From an uncultured Anaerolineae bacterium (lineage in GTDB: Bacteria; Chloroflexota; Anaerolineae; VGOG01), in NCBI GenBank assembly GCA_964510205.1, contig CAZEBW010000001.1:86226-150225 (forward strand): a stretch of DNA of 64,000 bases, written 5' to 3'. The notes beneath the pieces are model-generated. The model made no database searches. It saw only the letters and a list, made by a program, of their open reading frames with translations, and had not been told where the DNA came from. A program made the position numbers and the translations under genes. Positions 22,360 to 30,830 of the stretch are shown here, in pieces; position 1 is the stretch's first letter; every line of letters starts with the position of its first letter.

Positions 22360-23262
22360 TCAGCTATTCTCCGTTTGCCAAATGGGCACCGACATGACCC
22401 ATTGTTCGGGATGCTCCCCAATGTAGCGCTCCATGATGGCTACCACCCTCTCCACGCCGGCCCTGACGTCACGGTTCCGATCGCCCGTGTTCTCCAGTTC
22501 CAACGGCGGCTCGAGGTGGGCAGCAAAGGTATTGTCAGGCAGCCGCCGGCTGAAGCCCGCGATGATCGGCGCGCTGGTGCGCAGCGAGAGTTGAGCATAG
22601 CCATCGGGCAGGCGGGCGGGCGCGCCGAAAAAGTCCTCCACGATGCCGCTCTGGGTGATGTCCCTGTCGGCGGCCAGGCCCACGGCCTCGTTGCGCCGCA
22701 GGGATCGGAAGAGTTCCAAGAGCGGACCATCAATGGGAATCAATCGCAGGCCCTTGCTGGCCCGCAAGCCGCGGACATACTGAAACAACACCTCCGGCTG
22801 AAGATGCTCAGCAGGGGCCACGACGGGGATCTCGCGCAAGACCAACACTTGAGCCACGATGTCGGTATTGCCAAAGTGCACTGTGACAAGGATCAAGCCC
22901 TTGCCCTGGGACAACGCCCTCTCGACGTGCTCCCAACCCTCCACTTTCACCAAACGAGCGATTTCGGCCAAGCTGAGCGCCGGCAACCGAAAGAGATCGT
23001 AGTAGTTCTTGGCCATGTTGCGAAACACCCCCCGCACGATGGCCTCGACATCGCTCGCCCGTTTCGGATTGCCCTGCAGGATTCGGGTGACGTTGTGGTG
23101 GATGTTGGCTCGTGTGCCCCTCGCCCAACGGTAAAGAAAGTCGCCGAGTTTGGTCGCCAGAGGATAGCCCAGTCTCGGCGGTATGAGGGGCACGACCAGG
23201 CCCAACAGACGGTACAGATAGTAACTGAGCATGGTCTGATCCAGCACGTTTCCTCCGCTCAT
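22360..23262 (-). CDS. LpxL/HtrB-family lipid acyltransferase (PatA-like)
   Basis: Lauroyl-acyltransferase-like layout, VTVHFGNTD catalytic HxxxxD region. Confidence 0.8.
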   Translation of the reverse strand: MSGGNVLDQTMLSYYLYRLLGLVVPLIPPRLGYPLATKLGDFLYRWARGTRANIHHNVTRILQGNPKRASDVEAIVRGVFRNMAKNYYDLFRLPALSLAEIARLVKVEGWEHVERALSQGKGLILVTVHFGNTDIVAQVLVLREIPVVAPAEHLQPEVLFQYVRGLRASKGLRLIPIDGPLLELFRSLRRNEAVGLAADRDITQSGIVEDFFGAPARLPDGYAQLSLRTSAPIIAGFSRRLPDNTFAAHLEPPLELENTGDRNRDVRAGVERVVAIMERYIGEHPEQWVMSVPIWQTENS

Positions 23263-23579
23263 CCGATTCCCATCTGTTGTTGGCCGCTCTGGCCAAGCAT
23301 CTCGGCGAATTCGCGCAAGTACCGACCGAGCCTACCCCAATTCAGAGAGCAGTACGCCTGGCGCCCCTCCCGCCTGACCTCGATCAGGCCTGCTTTCTCC
23401 AGCCGTCGCAAATGCCAGGAGATCAGGGGTTGACTCACTTCCAGGGCCTCAGCCAACTCCGAAACGTTCAGCTCAGTATGGGCGGCCAAGCGGGCGACGA
23501 TGCGCAAGCGAGCAACATCCCCCAAGGCTTTGAAGCACTTCGTAAGCTCTCTCGATTCGCTCGGTAGATCCTCGGGCAT
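23259..23579 (-). CDS. ArsR/SmtB family transcriptional regulator
   Basis: LGDVARLRIVARLA...NVSELAEALEVSQPLISWHLRRLEKAGLI. ATGA overlap with the downstream acyltransferase gene. Confidence 0.85.
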   Translation of the reverse strand: MPEDLPSESRELTKCFKALGDVARLRIVARLAAHTELNVSELAEALEVSQPLISWHLRRLEKAGLIEVRREGRQAYCSLNWGRLGRYLREFAEMLGQSGQQQMGIG

Positions 23580-23815
23580 ATCCGACTGACCATTCACTTC
23601 ACCAAAAGCGACCAAAGCCTGAACTCCAACGGTTGCGAGCGGTGATACCTTTGACGCCCAACGCGGTTGGGCCGCACCCCCGTACGTCAGAGCTTCAGAT
23701 TGATAAAGAAGCATTTATATATTACACCAAAAGTCACCCCCTGTCAAAAAAGCATTTGCCAACAATTCCCTTTTGTGCTAAAGTATTTGCTACCGTACAC
23801 TTTTTCCAAACGACT

Positions 23816-23832
23816 CAGAAACCAGGTTTTTG
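23816..23832. repeat. solo arm of family 4 element (CAGAAACCAGGTTTTTG)
   Basis: Identical to the left arms at 25441 and 36006. Confidence 0.5.
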
Positions 23833-23885
23833 CCTGTGGAAATCGGAAATCATCTGGCCCCCAAGTAGCTCGAAAGGACGGAGCA

Positions 23886-24575
23886 ATGAGAATTGTTGCC
23901 CCCCATCCCTGGGATGTCTCCACTTCGCAGGCTGTGGAGATACAGGAAGCACTGCGGAGCAGGATATGCACGGAGAGGAGTTTCGACCAAGTCAACGCCG
24001 TGGCCGGGGTGGACGTTTCCGTCAAAGGCAAGGCGGCTCGGGCCGCCATCGTGGTGCTCAGCTTCCCAGACCTGACCCCCCTCGATTACAGCCTGGCGCA
24101 GCGACCGGTCGAGTTCCCGTATGTCCCCGGCTTTCTAACTTTTCGCGAAGCGCCGTCTGTGTTGGCCGCCCTGGAGAAGTTGAAAACGGAGCCGGACCTG
24201 TTCATTTTCGACGGCCAGGGCTTGGCCCACCCTCGCCGCATGGGCCTAGCGACCCACCTGGGGGTGATCATAGACAAGCCCTCCATCGGCTGCGCCAAAT
24301 CGCGCCTCTGCGGCAGCCACCGCGAGCCCGGCCCCGAAAAGGGCTCCTACACTCAGCTCTATGATGATGATGGCGAGACCATTGGCGCGGTGCTGCGCAC
24401 CAGAACCAACGTCAAGCCTGTCTACGTCTCCATCGGCCACCGGGTAGACCTGCCCACGGCCATCGAGTACGTCCTGGGCTGCTGCACCAAATATCGCCTA
24501 CCGGAGACAACAAGGTATGCTCACCGGGTGGCCGGCGGAGAGAGGTTGCAGATAAGTGAGAAAGCAAATGGATGA
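23886..24575 (+). CDS. nfi: endonuclease V
   Basis: VAGVDVS..., FPYVPGFLTFREAP, FDGQGLAHPRRMGLATHLG are Nfi signatures. ATG 23886. Confidence 0.92.
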   Translation: MRIVAPHPWDVSTSQAVEIQEALRSRICTERSFDQVNAVAGVDVSVKGKAARAAIVVLSFPDLTPLDYSLAQRPVEFPYVPGFLTFREAPSVLAALEKLKTEPDLFIFDGQGLAHPRRMGLATHLGVIIDKPSIGCAKSRLCGSHREPGPEKGSYTQLYDDDGETIGAVLRTRTNVKPVYVSIGHRVDLPTAIEYVLGCCTKYRLPETTRYAHRVAGGERLQISEKANG

Positions 24576-25338
24576 CACTCAACAGCGAATCAACAGAGCG
24601 GCGGCCCTGATCGCCAACTCCAGCTACATCGTCGCCCTGACCGGCGCGGGAATCAGCACCCCTTCGGGCATCCCCGATTTTCGCAGCTCCGGCTCCGGCC
24701 TGTGGGAGAAGGTCAACCCGCTGGTCGTGGCCTCGGCCGCCTCCTTTCGACTGCAACCACAGGCCTTCTACGCGTGGGCTCGCCCCCTGGCCAAAAAACT
24801 ATTGGAGGCGGAGCCTAATCCCGCGCACCAAGCGCTGGCCGAGCTGGAGGAGATGGGCTTGCTCAAGGCGGTCATCACCCAAAACATTGACGACCTGCAC
24901 CAAAAAGCCGGGTCGAAGCGCGTCCTTGAGCTTCACGGGAATATGCGACGGGCCACCTGCCTCAAGTGCCGCAAGGTCGTTCCCATCCTGCAGATAATCG
25001 AGCAGTTCCTCGACAAGGACGAGGTGCCAACCTGCTCGTGCGGCGGTCTGCTGAAGCCCAACGTCGTCCTCATCGGCGAGCAATTGCCCCGCTGGGTGCT
25101 CTTGGAGGCCTGGGGCGAGGCCGAGAGGTGCGACCTGATGCTGGTGCTGGGCTCCTCACTGGAGATAGTGCCGGCGGCGGAGATACCGTCTGTGGCCAGG
25201 CGAGGTGGGGCCAAGGCTATCGTGGTCAACTATCAACCCACGCCTTTCGACAGCCAGGCGGACGTGATCATCCGCGAGGACGTGGCCGAGGCGCTGCCTC
25301 GGATCATTGAGCAGACTGGCAGATCAGTGGATCGGTGA
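24568..25338 (+). CDS. cobB: NAD-dependent protein deacylase (Sir2/CobB family)
   Basis: [32 protein letters not shown], zinc ribbon CLKC...CSCGG. Confidence 0.9.
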   Translation: MDDTQQRINRAAALIANSSYIVALTGAGISTPSGIPDFRSSGSGLWEKVNPLVVASAASFRLQPQAFYAWARPLAKKLLEAEPNPAHQALAELEEMGLLKAVITQNIDDLHQKAGSKRVLELHGNMRRATCLKCRKVVPILQIIEQFLDKDEVPTCSCGGLLKPNVVLIGEQLPRWVLLEAWGEAERCDLMLVLGSSLEIVPAAEIPSVARRGGAKAIVVNYQPTPFDSQADVIIREDVAEALPRIIEQTGRSVDR

Positions 25339-25363
25339 ATTGCCAGATCGGTGCAAACGCAAA

Positions 25364-25403
25364 CACGGGGCGACCAGAATATTCTGGTCGCCCCGTGTTT
25401 TTG
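25364..25403 (+). terminator. rho-independent terminator after the sirtuin gene
   Basis: cacggggcgaccagaat/attctggtcgccccgtg perfect 17-bp stem followed by ttttt. Confidence 0.75.
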
Positions 25404-25440
25404 GTCAGTAAACTGCGAGTAGGCGTTCAGGGGGGAGCTC

Positions 25441-25540
25441 AGAAACCAGGTTTTTTGGCACTTGCCATACGGAGTGCACTTGGTTTCAGACGGTTTCTGT
25501 AGGTGCGGGCAGTTTCTCTGGCGAGAAAAACCTGGTTTCT
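25441..25540. repeat. family 4 palindromic element (AGAAACCAGGTTTTT ... AAAAACCTGGTTTCT)
   Basis: Terminal inverted repeats read directly. Second full copy at 36006..36105. Confidence 0.8.
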
Positions 25541-25548
25541 CGCAGGAC

Positions 25549-26175
25549 TCATCCTCCCCTCCCCGTATCCTTTTGGAACAAGAAACTCCCCTCAATGCAT
25601 AGGGCCAGGTGATTGGCCAGCATCTCGGCCGTCACCAGGTCGTGCTCCGAGAAAGTTGCCCCGTTCACCTTGTCACAGGCCATCAGCACCCCATGCAGTT
25701 CATCTTCGCCCGAGATGGGGACGGCGAGAAAGGGGCCCTTAGTACATTCCTTCTCCCATATCGCCGCTCTCAGTCCCTGAATACCCTGATGAGTTGAGAT
25801 TAGCGGCTGTTTGTGGTCAACCACCCAGCCCACCAGGCTCTGGCTCAAAGCGATTCTGTCTCCGCGAGCGGGCGTCCCTTTGGCATTGGCCTTGACCACC
25901 ACCAGTTCCTCGCGCTCCTCGTCCAACAGCATCACGTAGCAGCGGCTGGCGCCCAGGCAGTGGATCAGAGCCGCGAAACACGAGGAGAGCAGTTCCTCGC
26001 CCCTCGCAGAAAAATTCGACGAAAATCCCGCTTCTGGCGTAATGGCGTAGTCAGCTTTGACGCCTTCTCGGCGGCTAACTGGTGGGTAAGCCGCGATAGT
26101 TCCATTCTTGGCGAGATACGTCGCCAGCCACGGAATGTATTTATGTTGATGGTCTTTGTCTACCAGGTGTAACAC
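25549..26175 (-). CDS. GAF domain protein
   Basis: CYVMLLDEEREELVVVKA...SLVGWVVDHKQPLI...FLAVPI pattern typical of GAF. Confidence 0.7.
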   Translation of the reverse strand: MLHLVDKDHQHKYIPWLATYLAKNGTIAAYPPVSRREGVKADYAITPEAGFSSNFSARGEELLSSCFAALIHCLGASRCYVMLLDEEREELVVVKANAKGTPARGDRIALSQSLVGWVVDHKQPLISTHQGIQGLRAAIWEKECTKGPFLAVPISGEDELHGVLMACDKVNGATFSEHDLVTAEMLANHLALCIEGSFLFQKDTGRGG

Positions 26176-26204
26176 CTAAAGCCCCCCTTCATCCCATCAG
26201 CGAG

Positions 26205-27500
26205 TCAGAAAGAAGCCAACAAAGGCGAGACAACCGCCGTCTTCTGGTCCTCTAGCTCCTTCCGGAGGATGCCGATCAAGGCCTCGGTGACCTGGGGATC
26301 CCACTGGTCGCCCTTGTGCCGTTCCAGTTCCCGCAGGACAGTCTTGAGGGGCAAAGCCCGGCGATATGGGCGGTCGCTGGTCATGGCATCGAAGGCATCG
26401 GCCACGGCGATAATCCTGGCTCCAATGGGTATCGAGGCGTTGTCTGCCCCATCCGGGTATCCCCGACCATCGTAGCGCTCGTGATGGTGGAGGATCAGCT
26501 CTTGCCCGGAGCGGAAAAAAGGAAAGCGGCCCACGATGCTGGCCCCTATCTCTGGATGCTTCCTTATCGCCTCCCACTCGGCCTCGCTCAGCGGGGCGGG
26601 TTTGGTCAGGATAGAGGTGTCAACGCCGATTTTGCCCAAATCGTGAACGCGAGCGGCCGACGCGATGGTATCCACCATGTCCTCGGGCAGCCCCAGATTG
26701 ACAGCCAGTTCACGGGCGTATCTGGCCACCCTTTGGGAATGTTGGAAGGTATAGGGGTCACGCATGTCAATGGCGTCCGCCAGGGCCTCGACGGCCTCCT
26801 TGGTTTGCGAGCGCAGCAACGAGTTGTTCTTGAAGGAGATGTAGATGAGGGCCACAGGGATGCCCATCAGGTAAAGAGCCCACGGGCTTATCTCGGCCAA
26901 CAGGGCAGCAAGCGGCCCCATCACGTAAAGGGCCGCTTGCTGAGGGAGGTCGTAACTGTTACAGGTCACCAACATCCGCAGGAGGCTGCGATGGGTTTGC
27001 AGGGCCACCGCCCCGGCCACCAGAAAGGCGTTGACCATGTGCATGACCAGGGCCACCCCCACCAGGGTCAACAGGCCGGTGGGCGAATTGATAACCGAGG
27101 TGAGGGGCTCTGAGACCAGGTTGCGATAGACGAAAGCGCCCAGGCCAGCGTGAAGCATGGTCTGACCCACCTCGAACAGACTGTGGCCCCACTTCGTCCG
27201 CTGGAAGACCTGACAGGAGATGAGCATGCCCAGGCCAGCTATAGCCATGGCAGCAGCAGGCGGGAACAGCAAGAGAGTGGCCAAGATAGCCGTGGCCTCC
27301 ACCGATACCTTGGTCTTGGGAGACATATGCACCGGGAAGCTGGAGGCTGCAGCGATGCCAGCCAGGAGCAGGCCAGCCAGGAGAGGTTTGTCGCTGATTG
27401 CGTTCAACCCACCAAGGTTAATCGCCGAGACGAAGAGGGCCAGGGCTGCCAGAGCAGTGCCTAAGATATAGGCGCGTACAGGCAGCGAGAAGTCGCGCAT
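26205..27500 (-). CDS. HD-GYP domain phosphodiesterase with N-terminal multi-pass membrane domain
   Basis: HSQRVARYA...VHDLGKIGV...HHERYDGRGYPDG. Confidence 0.88.
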   Translation of the reverse strand: MRDFSLPVRAYILGTALAALALFVSAINLGGLNAISDKPLLAGLLLAGIAAASSFPVHMSPKTKVSVEATAILATLLLFPPAAAMAIAGLGMLISCQVFQRTKWGHSLFEVGQTMLHAGLGAFVYRNLVSEPLTSVINSPTGLLTLVGVALVMHMVNAFLVAGAVALQTHRSLLRMLVTCNSYDLPQQAALYVMGPLAALLAEISPWALYLMGIPVALIYISFKNNSLLRSQTKEAVEALADAIDMRDPYTFQHSQRVARYARELAVNLGLPEDMVDTIASAARVHDLGKIGVDTSILTKPAPLSEAEWEAIRKHPEIGASIVGRFPFFRSGQELILHHHERYDGRGYPDGADNASIPIGARIIAVADAFDAMTSDRPYRRALPLKTVLRELERHKGDQWDPQVTEALIGILRKELEDQKTAVVSPLLASF

Positions 27501-27558
27501 AGGAGCGTTCCTCCTTTGATTGAGTGAAGCTCATCTAGCAGCGGGGCGTACGCCCGTC

Positions 27559-28005
27559 TTAATCCAGTTCGAACTCGCACTCTATCCAGGTTTTGCTCTC
27601 ACCTTCGGTGCTCAATTCGAAGACATCGGGTTCCTCCCAGACTTCCAGAGTCACGGGAACCCTCTCCGGACCTTTGGTGTTGACCAGCGCTTTCACCTTG
27701 ACCGGGATCGGGCCGTCCCCAACCGGCTGCCCGTTCGGGATGATGGTCACTTGAAAACCACCGTCATCGGTGACTTCGGTCTCAACATCCCGCGGGACAT
27801 ACACCTTCACGTGTATGGGGCCCTTGACCAAATCCTGGTCTTGCCCATCTTCAAATGTGACCACGGTGTTCACGTGAACCTCATGCCCGCCTATATCAAG
27901 GATGGGATCGTCCGGGCACCAATGCCAGGTCGCATAGGCTACGGTGCTGCCCAGGACCAAGACCAACAGCAGAGCTAAGGTAGTTGCGCCTGATAGCTTT
28001 CTCAC
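27559..28005 (-). CDS. secreted hypothetical protein
   Basis: Signal peptide MRKLSGATTLALLLVLVLGSTVAYA. GTG start with an AAGGAGG RBS. No recognisable domain. Confidence 0.55.
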   Translation of the reverse strand: MRKLSGATTLALLLVLVLGSTVAYATWHWCPDDPILDIGGHEVHVNTVVTFEDGQDQDLVKGPIHVKVYVPRDVETEVTDDGGFQVTIIPNGQPVGDGPIPVKVKALVNTKGPERVPVTLEVWEEPDVFELSTEGESKTWIECEFELD

Positions 28006-28054
28006 GATTGACCTCCTTTGCTTTCGCTAAAGCAATCTTCTGACGACTAATAAT

Positions 28055-28063
28055 ATTATACCA
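28055..28063 (-). promoter_or_regulatory. extended -10 TGGTATAAT upstream of the secreted-protein gene
   Basis: The complement of 28055..28063 reads TGGTATAAT. It is preceded (on the minus strand) by a hairpin pairing 28070..28080 with 28097..28107. Confidence 0.4.
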
Positions 28064-28225
28064 CAAAACAGCCCTTTTGTGGGTTACAAGACCTATACAA
28101 AAGGGCTATAATGGGAACGTATCAAATTGTGAGGAAACTTCCAGATAAACCATATAATAACCTAAAACAACCGCGCAAGGGTTGCGAAAGAATAAAAGGC
28201 GGGCTGCGAGAGCGTTTGTGGCTCG

Positions 28226-28741
28226 CTATTCTCTCTGCTTGGTGCGTCTCTCGAAGAAATAACCTATGCCCCGCACGTTGTGGATGTATTCCGGGGCCCC
28301 AGGCTCCTTCACCAGCTTTTGCCGCAGACGGGTGATGTGCGGCCGGATGAGATAGCGAGCATCTCTCTCGTCCAGCTCGTAGCCCTGGGCCTCAAGCACC
28401 AACTCCTGGCAGCTAATCACCTGGCCAGCGTTGCGCATCAGGCAGAACAAGATGTCGAACTCGGTGGGAGTCAGATCAACAGGCCGGTCGCCCAAAGTGA
28501 CCACGTGCTCGACCGGATTCAGGGCCAGCTCCCTGAAGGTTAGTGTCTGGGCAGCAGAATAGGGGGTCTGAGAAACGCCAACCTCAGCCACATCCGGCCC
28601 CAGAGCAGACGAGGCCAACAACCGACGACTGGTTTCCAGATATTCTCGCGTGTTCTCGGCTATTGTCTCAAGCAGCGCCTCGATGCGCCCCAGAGATTCC
28701 AATATCTCGCCGGCCCAGTCCAACGTCTCTTCTTCGCCCAT
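28226..28741 (-). CDS. OmpR/PhoB-type winged-helix DNA-binding protein without receiver domain
   Basis: C-terminal LTPTEFDILFCLMRNAGQVISCQEL...HITRLRQKL...IHNVRGIGYFF. The N-terminal ~70 aa are helical, with no receiver motifs. Confidence 0.75.
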   Translation of the reverse strand: MGEEETLDWAGEILESLGRIEALLETIAENTREYLETSRRLLASSALGPDVAEVGVSQTPYSAAQTLTFRELALNPVEHVVTLGDRPVDLTPTEFDILFCLMRNAGQVISCQELVLEAQGYELDERDARYLIRPHITRLRQKLVKEPGAPEYIHNVRGIGYFFERRTKQRE

Positions 28742-28956
28742 CCTGCCTTCCGCCCCTCTCTGGGGGTGAACCCGATGCCCTGCGCCCGAAGAACGGCCAT
28801 AGTATACTACAACTTGCCGATATACACAAGCAGATCAGTACAAACACCGAGAAACAGTGCACAATGCCGGCAAATACAGTTGTCCCAAGAGCATGGCGTG
28901 AAAAAGCACAAGAGCCACCAGGCTGGTATGCCGGTGGCTCATTACTTTGGATGACT

Positions 28957-29095
28957 CCCCCGAAGAAAGCAGCGTGAAGACCCTAAAGGTTTTGAATAAG
29001 AAGGTTCGAATGGATTTTCTCGCACTCAGCGTCTGTTCCAGGCAAAGAAATCGAGCTTTCTATCGAAAACCTTTAGGGTCTTGGCAAAGAGCCAC
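28957..29095. repeat. family 3 MITE-like element (TIR AGACCCTAAAGGTTTT / AAAACCTTTAGGGTCT), copy A
   Basis: Core 28978..29081 aligns by eye to 33083..33186 in the same orientation, with about 11 mismatches in 104 nt. Flanks are also similar. Confidence 0.85.
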
Positions 29096-29096
29096 G

Positions 29097-29705
29097 TCAT
29101 TCGGCGCCAAAACGCAGGCTTTCGAGCATGGCTTCGAAGATGGGCCAGTTTTGATCCCACTCACTGAGCGGGGCATCGGCGACGATGGCGGCGGAAACCC
29201 TCGCTGCGCCCTCGCCGTCTGCCATCCCGACCAGGTAGACCTTGTGCCTGACGCCAGAGGCAGCATGGACGTACTCCGCGGTGAGCTTGCGGCCTCCCCT
29301 CTCGCCGAGAAGCAGCGGCGCGGCCTCACCGACCTGCCAGTCCTGTTTGGCCTCACCGCCCAACGCCTGGACAAGAGACAGCGCTTCATCTAGAATCTGA
29401 TCGGCATCCCGGCCTTCATCCCATCCGGAGAGAACAATCAGCTCAGGCGCGCTCTCCTCCACCGTCTCCCTGAAGATCATGGCGTCGAGGCCCTCCAACA
29501 CCGTCCTCTCCACGATCCACCCCTCGGGGTACTGGATGGATAGCTTGGCCTCCTCGTCGGCGTAGGTTTTGAAATCCCCTGAAGCCAGCGGGGTGGGCAT
29601 CGGGGTCGCAGCGGGCGGCGCGGGCGTGCAGGAGAGCAGCGAGACCACGAGCAGCGTCAGCAAGCCCACCATCGAGACGAGCCGATAGGTCCGGGACCGC
29701 ATCAT
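29097..29705 (-). CDS. hypothetical lipoprotein
   Basis: MMRSRTYRLVSMVGLLTLLVVSLLSC lipobox. ATG 29705 overlaps the nrdG stop (ATGA). GGAGGTGGAGG RBS. Confidence 0.6.
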   Translation of the reverse strand: MMRSRTYRLVSMVGLLTLLVVSLLSCTPAPPAATPMPTPLASGDFKTYADEEAKLSIQYPEGWIVERTVLEGLDAMIFRETVEESAPELIVLSGWDEGRDADQILDEALSLVQALGGEAKQDWQVGEAAPLLLGERGGRKLTAEYVHAASGVRHKVYLVGMADGEGAARVSAAIVADAPLSEWDQNWPIFEAMLESLRFGAE

Positions 29706-30397
29706 AATCCTCTCACCTCCACCTCCCCTACCCATCTCTCCGCTGCCTGGGCCATCTCCAGCAGCGTCTGGGCTGGATAGGGAGCGATCTCTCTAAAGCG
29801 GGCGGCAAGGGCTCCCTGGGGACGAAATTGCTGCAGGACGTACTTCTCAGCACCGCTGATCAGCCTGGCCATCTCCTCGACGTCCTCAGGAGCCACGATG
29901 CCCAGCGCCACCGTGGTGCGGAACTCGTGGTCTATGCCCGACGACAGGATCAGCCGCACGCTCTCTTCGATCCGCTGCACGTCCACCGGCACGCCTGCCG
30001 CCAGATGATACTTCGACAGCGGGGCCTTGATGTCCATAGCCACGTAATCCAGCAGCTCCTGCTCCAACAGCTCTCTGAGCGCCTGGGGGCGATAGCCGTT
30101 GGTGTCCAGTTTGATGGCCAAGCCCAGTCCTTTCAGCTCGCCCACGAAACTGCCGATGCCTGGCCGCAAGGTTGGCTCGCCGCCGGTGATCACCACCCCA
30201 TCAATCAGACCCCGTCGCCGTGTCAGGAACCGGAAGATCTCGACGGGGTCAAGGTCTGGCAAGGTCTGCGGATGTAGCACTAGCTTCGAATTCTGACAGT
30301 AGGGACAGCGAAGGTTGCAGCCGCCGGTGAAGACGACGGTGGCGATCCTCCCCGGATAGTCAATGAGCGAGGTTTTCACCCACCCCTTGATCTGCAT
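29702..30397 (-). CDS. nrdG: anaerobic ribonucleoside-triphosphate reductase activating protein (radical SAM)
   Basis: WVKTSLIDYPGRIATVVFTGGCNLRCPYCQN and GVVITGGEPT. Confidence 0.92.
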   Translation of the reverse strand: MQIKGWVKTSLIDYPGRIATVVFTGGCNLRCPYCQNSKLVLHPQTLPDLDPVEIFRFLTRRRGLIDGVVITGGEPTLRPGIGSFVGELKGLGLAIKLDTNGYRPQALRELLEQELLDYVAMDIKAPLSKYHLAAGVPVDVQRIEESVRLILSSGIDHEFRTTVALGIVAPEDVEEMARLISGAEKYVLQQFRPQGALAARFREIAPYPAQTLLEMAQAAERWVGEVEVRGL

Positions 30398-30549
30398 CTG
30401 TCAACTGTCCTGACCTCCACCACGTATTCCTCGCGCTCGGCATACTCCTGCTTCTTGCCCACGTTCCAGTTCCGCACGGGACGCAGATAGCCGACAATGC
30501 GAGAGTAAACCTCACAAGGCACCTTTCTCTTCGACTGCGAGTTTGTCAT
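30376..30549 (-). CDS. nrdD: stand-alone glycyl-radical segment of class III RNR (C-terminal piece of NrdD, 57 aa)
   Basis: MTNSQSKRKVPCEVYSRIVGYLRPVRNWNVGKKQEYAEREEY contains the RxxGY glycyl-radical loop. AAGGAG lies 7 nt before ATG 30549. The longer track ORF start is inside the palindromic spacer. Confidence 0.65.
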   Translation of the reverse strand: MTNSQSKRKVPCEVYSRIVGYLRPVRNWNVGKKQEYAEREEYVVEVRTVDRCRSRGG

Positions 30550-30575
30550 TTCACGTCTCCTTCTCATCGCATGGT

Positions 30576-30807
30576 GACAAAAGCGACACGCTCGCTCGCG
30601 ATGGATTGTCAAATCGCATTGCGGTAAAAGTAACACTTCCACGCTCGCGATGGATTGCGTGCAAGCTTCGCTTGCCTACCATCGCCCGGCGGCTGGATCT
30701 GGCGATCCAGCCGGAGCAAAGTGTGACTTTTACCCTAGTGCGTCAAATCCGTCGCTTTCCGTGGCTGGATCTGGCGATCTAATCGGAGCGAGGTGCGACT
30801 TCTGCCC
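30576..30807. repeat. nested palindromic element between the two nrdD ORFs (four related arms, GGATCGCCAGATCC core)
   Basis: Direct arms 30576..30608 and 30623..30657. Inverted arms 30689..30735 and 30763..30807. Central hairpin gcaagcttcgcttgc. Confidence 0.8.
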
Positions 30808-30830
30808 TGATGCTTCTGGTCTCTTGCCTC

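Noticed and set aside
24568-25338. The Sir2-domain protein as an anti-phage effector (Thoeris/DSR-like).
   Set aside because: It has the complete CobB-type sirtuin motif set, including the Cys4 zinc ribbon. It is of normal sirtuin length, has no fused sensor domain or partner gene, and overlaps the housekeeping nfi gene.
28084-28112. Plus-strand promoter-like TTACAA-17-TATAAT pointing into the 3' end of the wHTH gene, which could give an antisense sRNA.
   Set aside because: The hexamers are embedded in the arms of a hairpin that more simply serves as the minus-strand terminator. No downstream terminator or conserved structure is evident on the plus strand.
30550-30830. Group I or group II intron interrupting nrdD, by analogy with the phage T4 nrdD intron.
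   Set aside because: The 281-nt spacer is explained by four mutually related arms forming a nested palindrome. It has no group II domain V-like motif and no recognisable P3-P9 core. The upstream ORF ends at its own stop codon and the downstream ORF has its own RBS and ATG in another frame.
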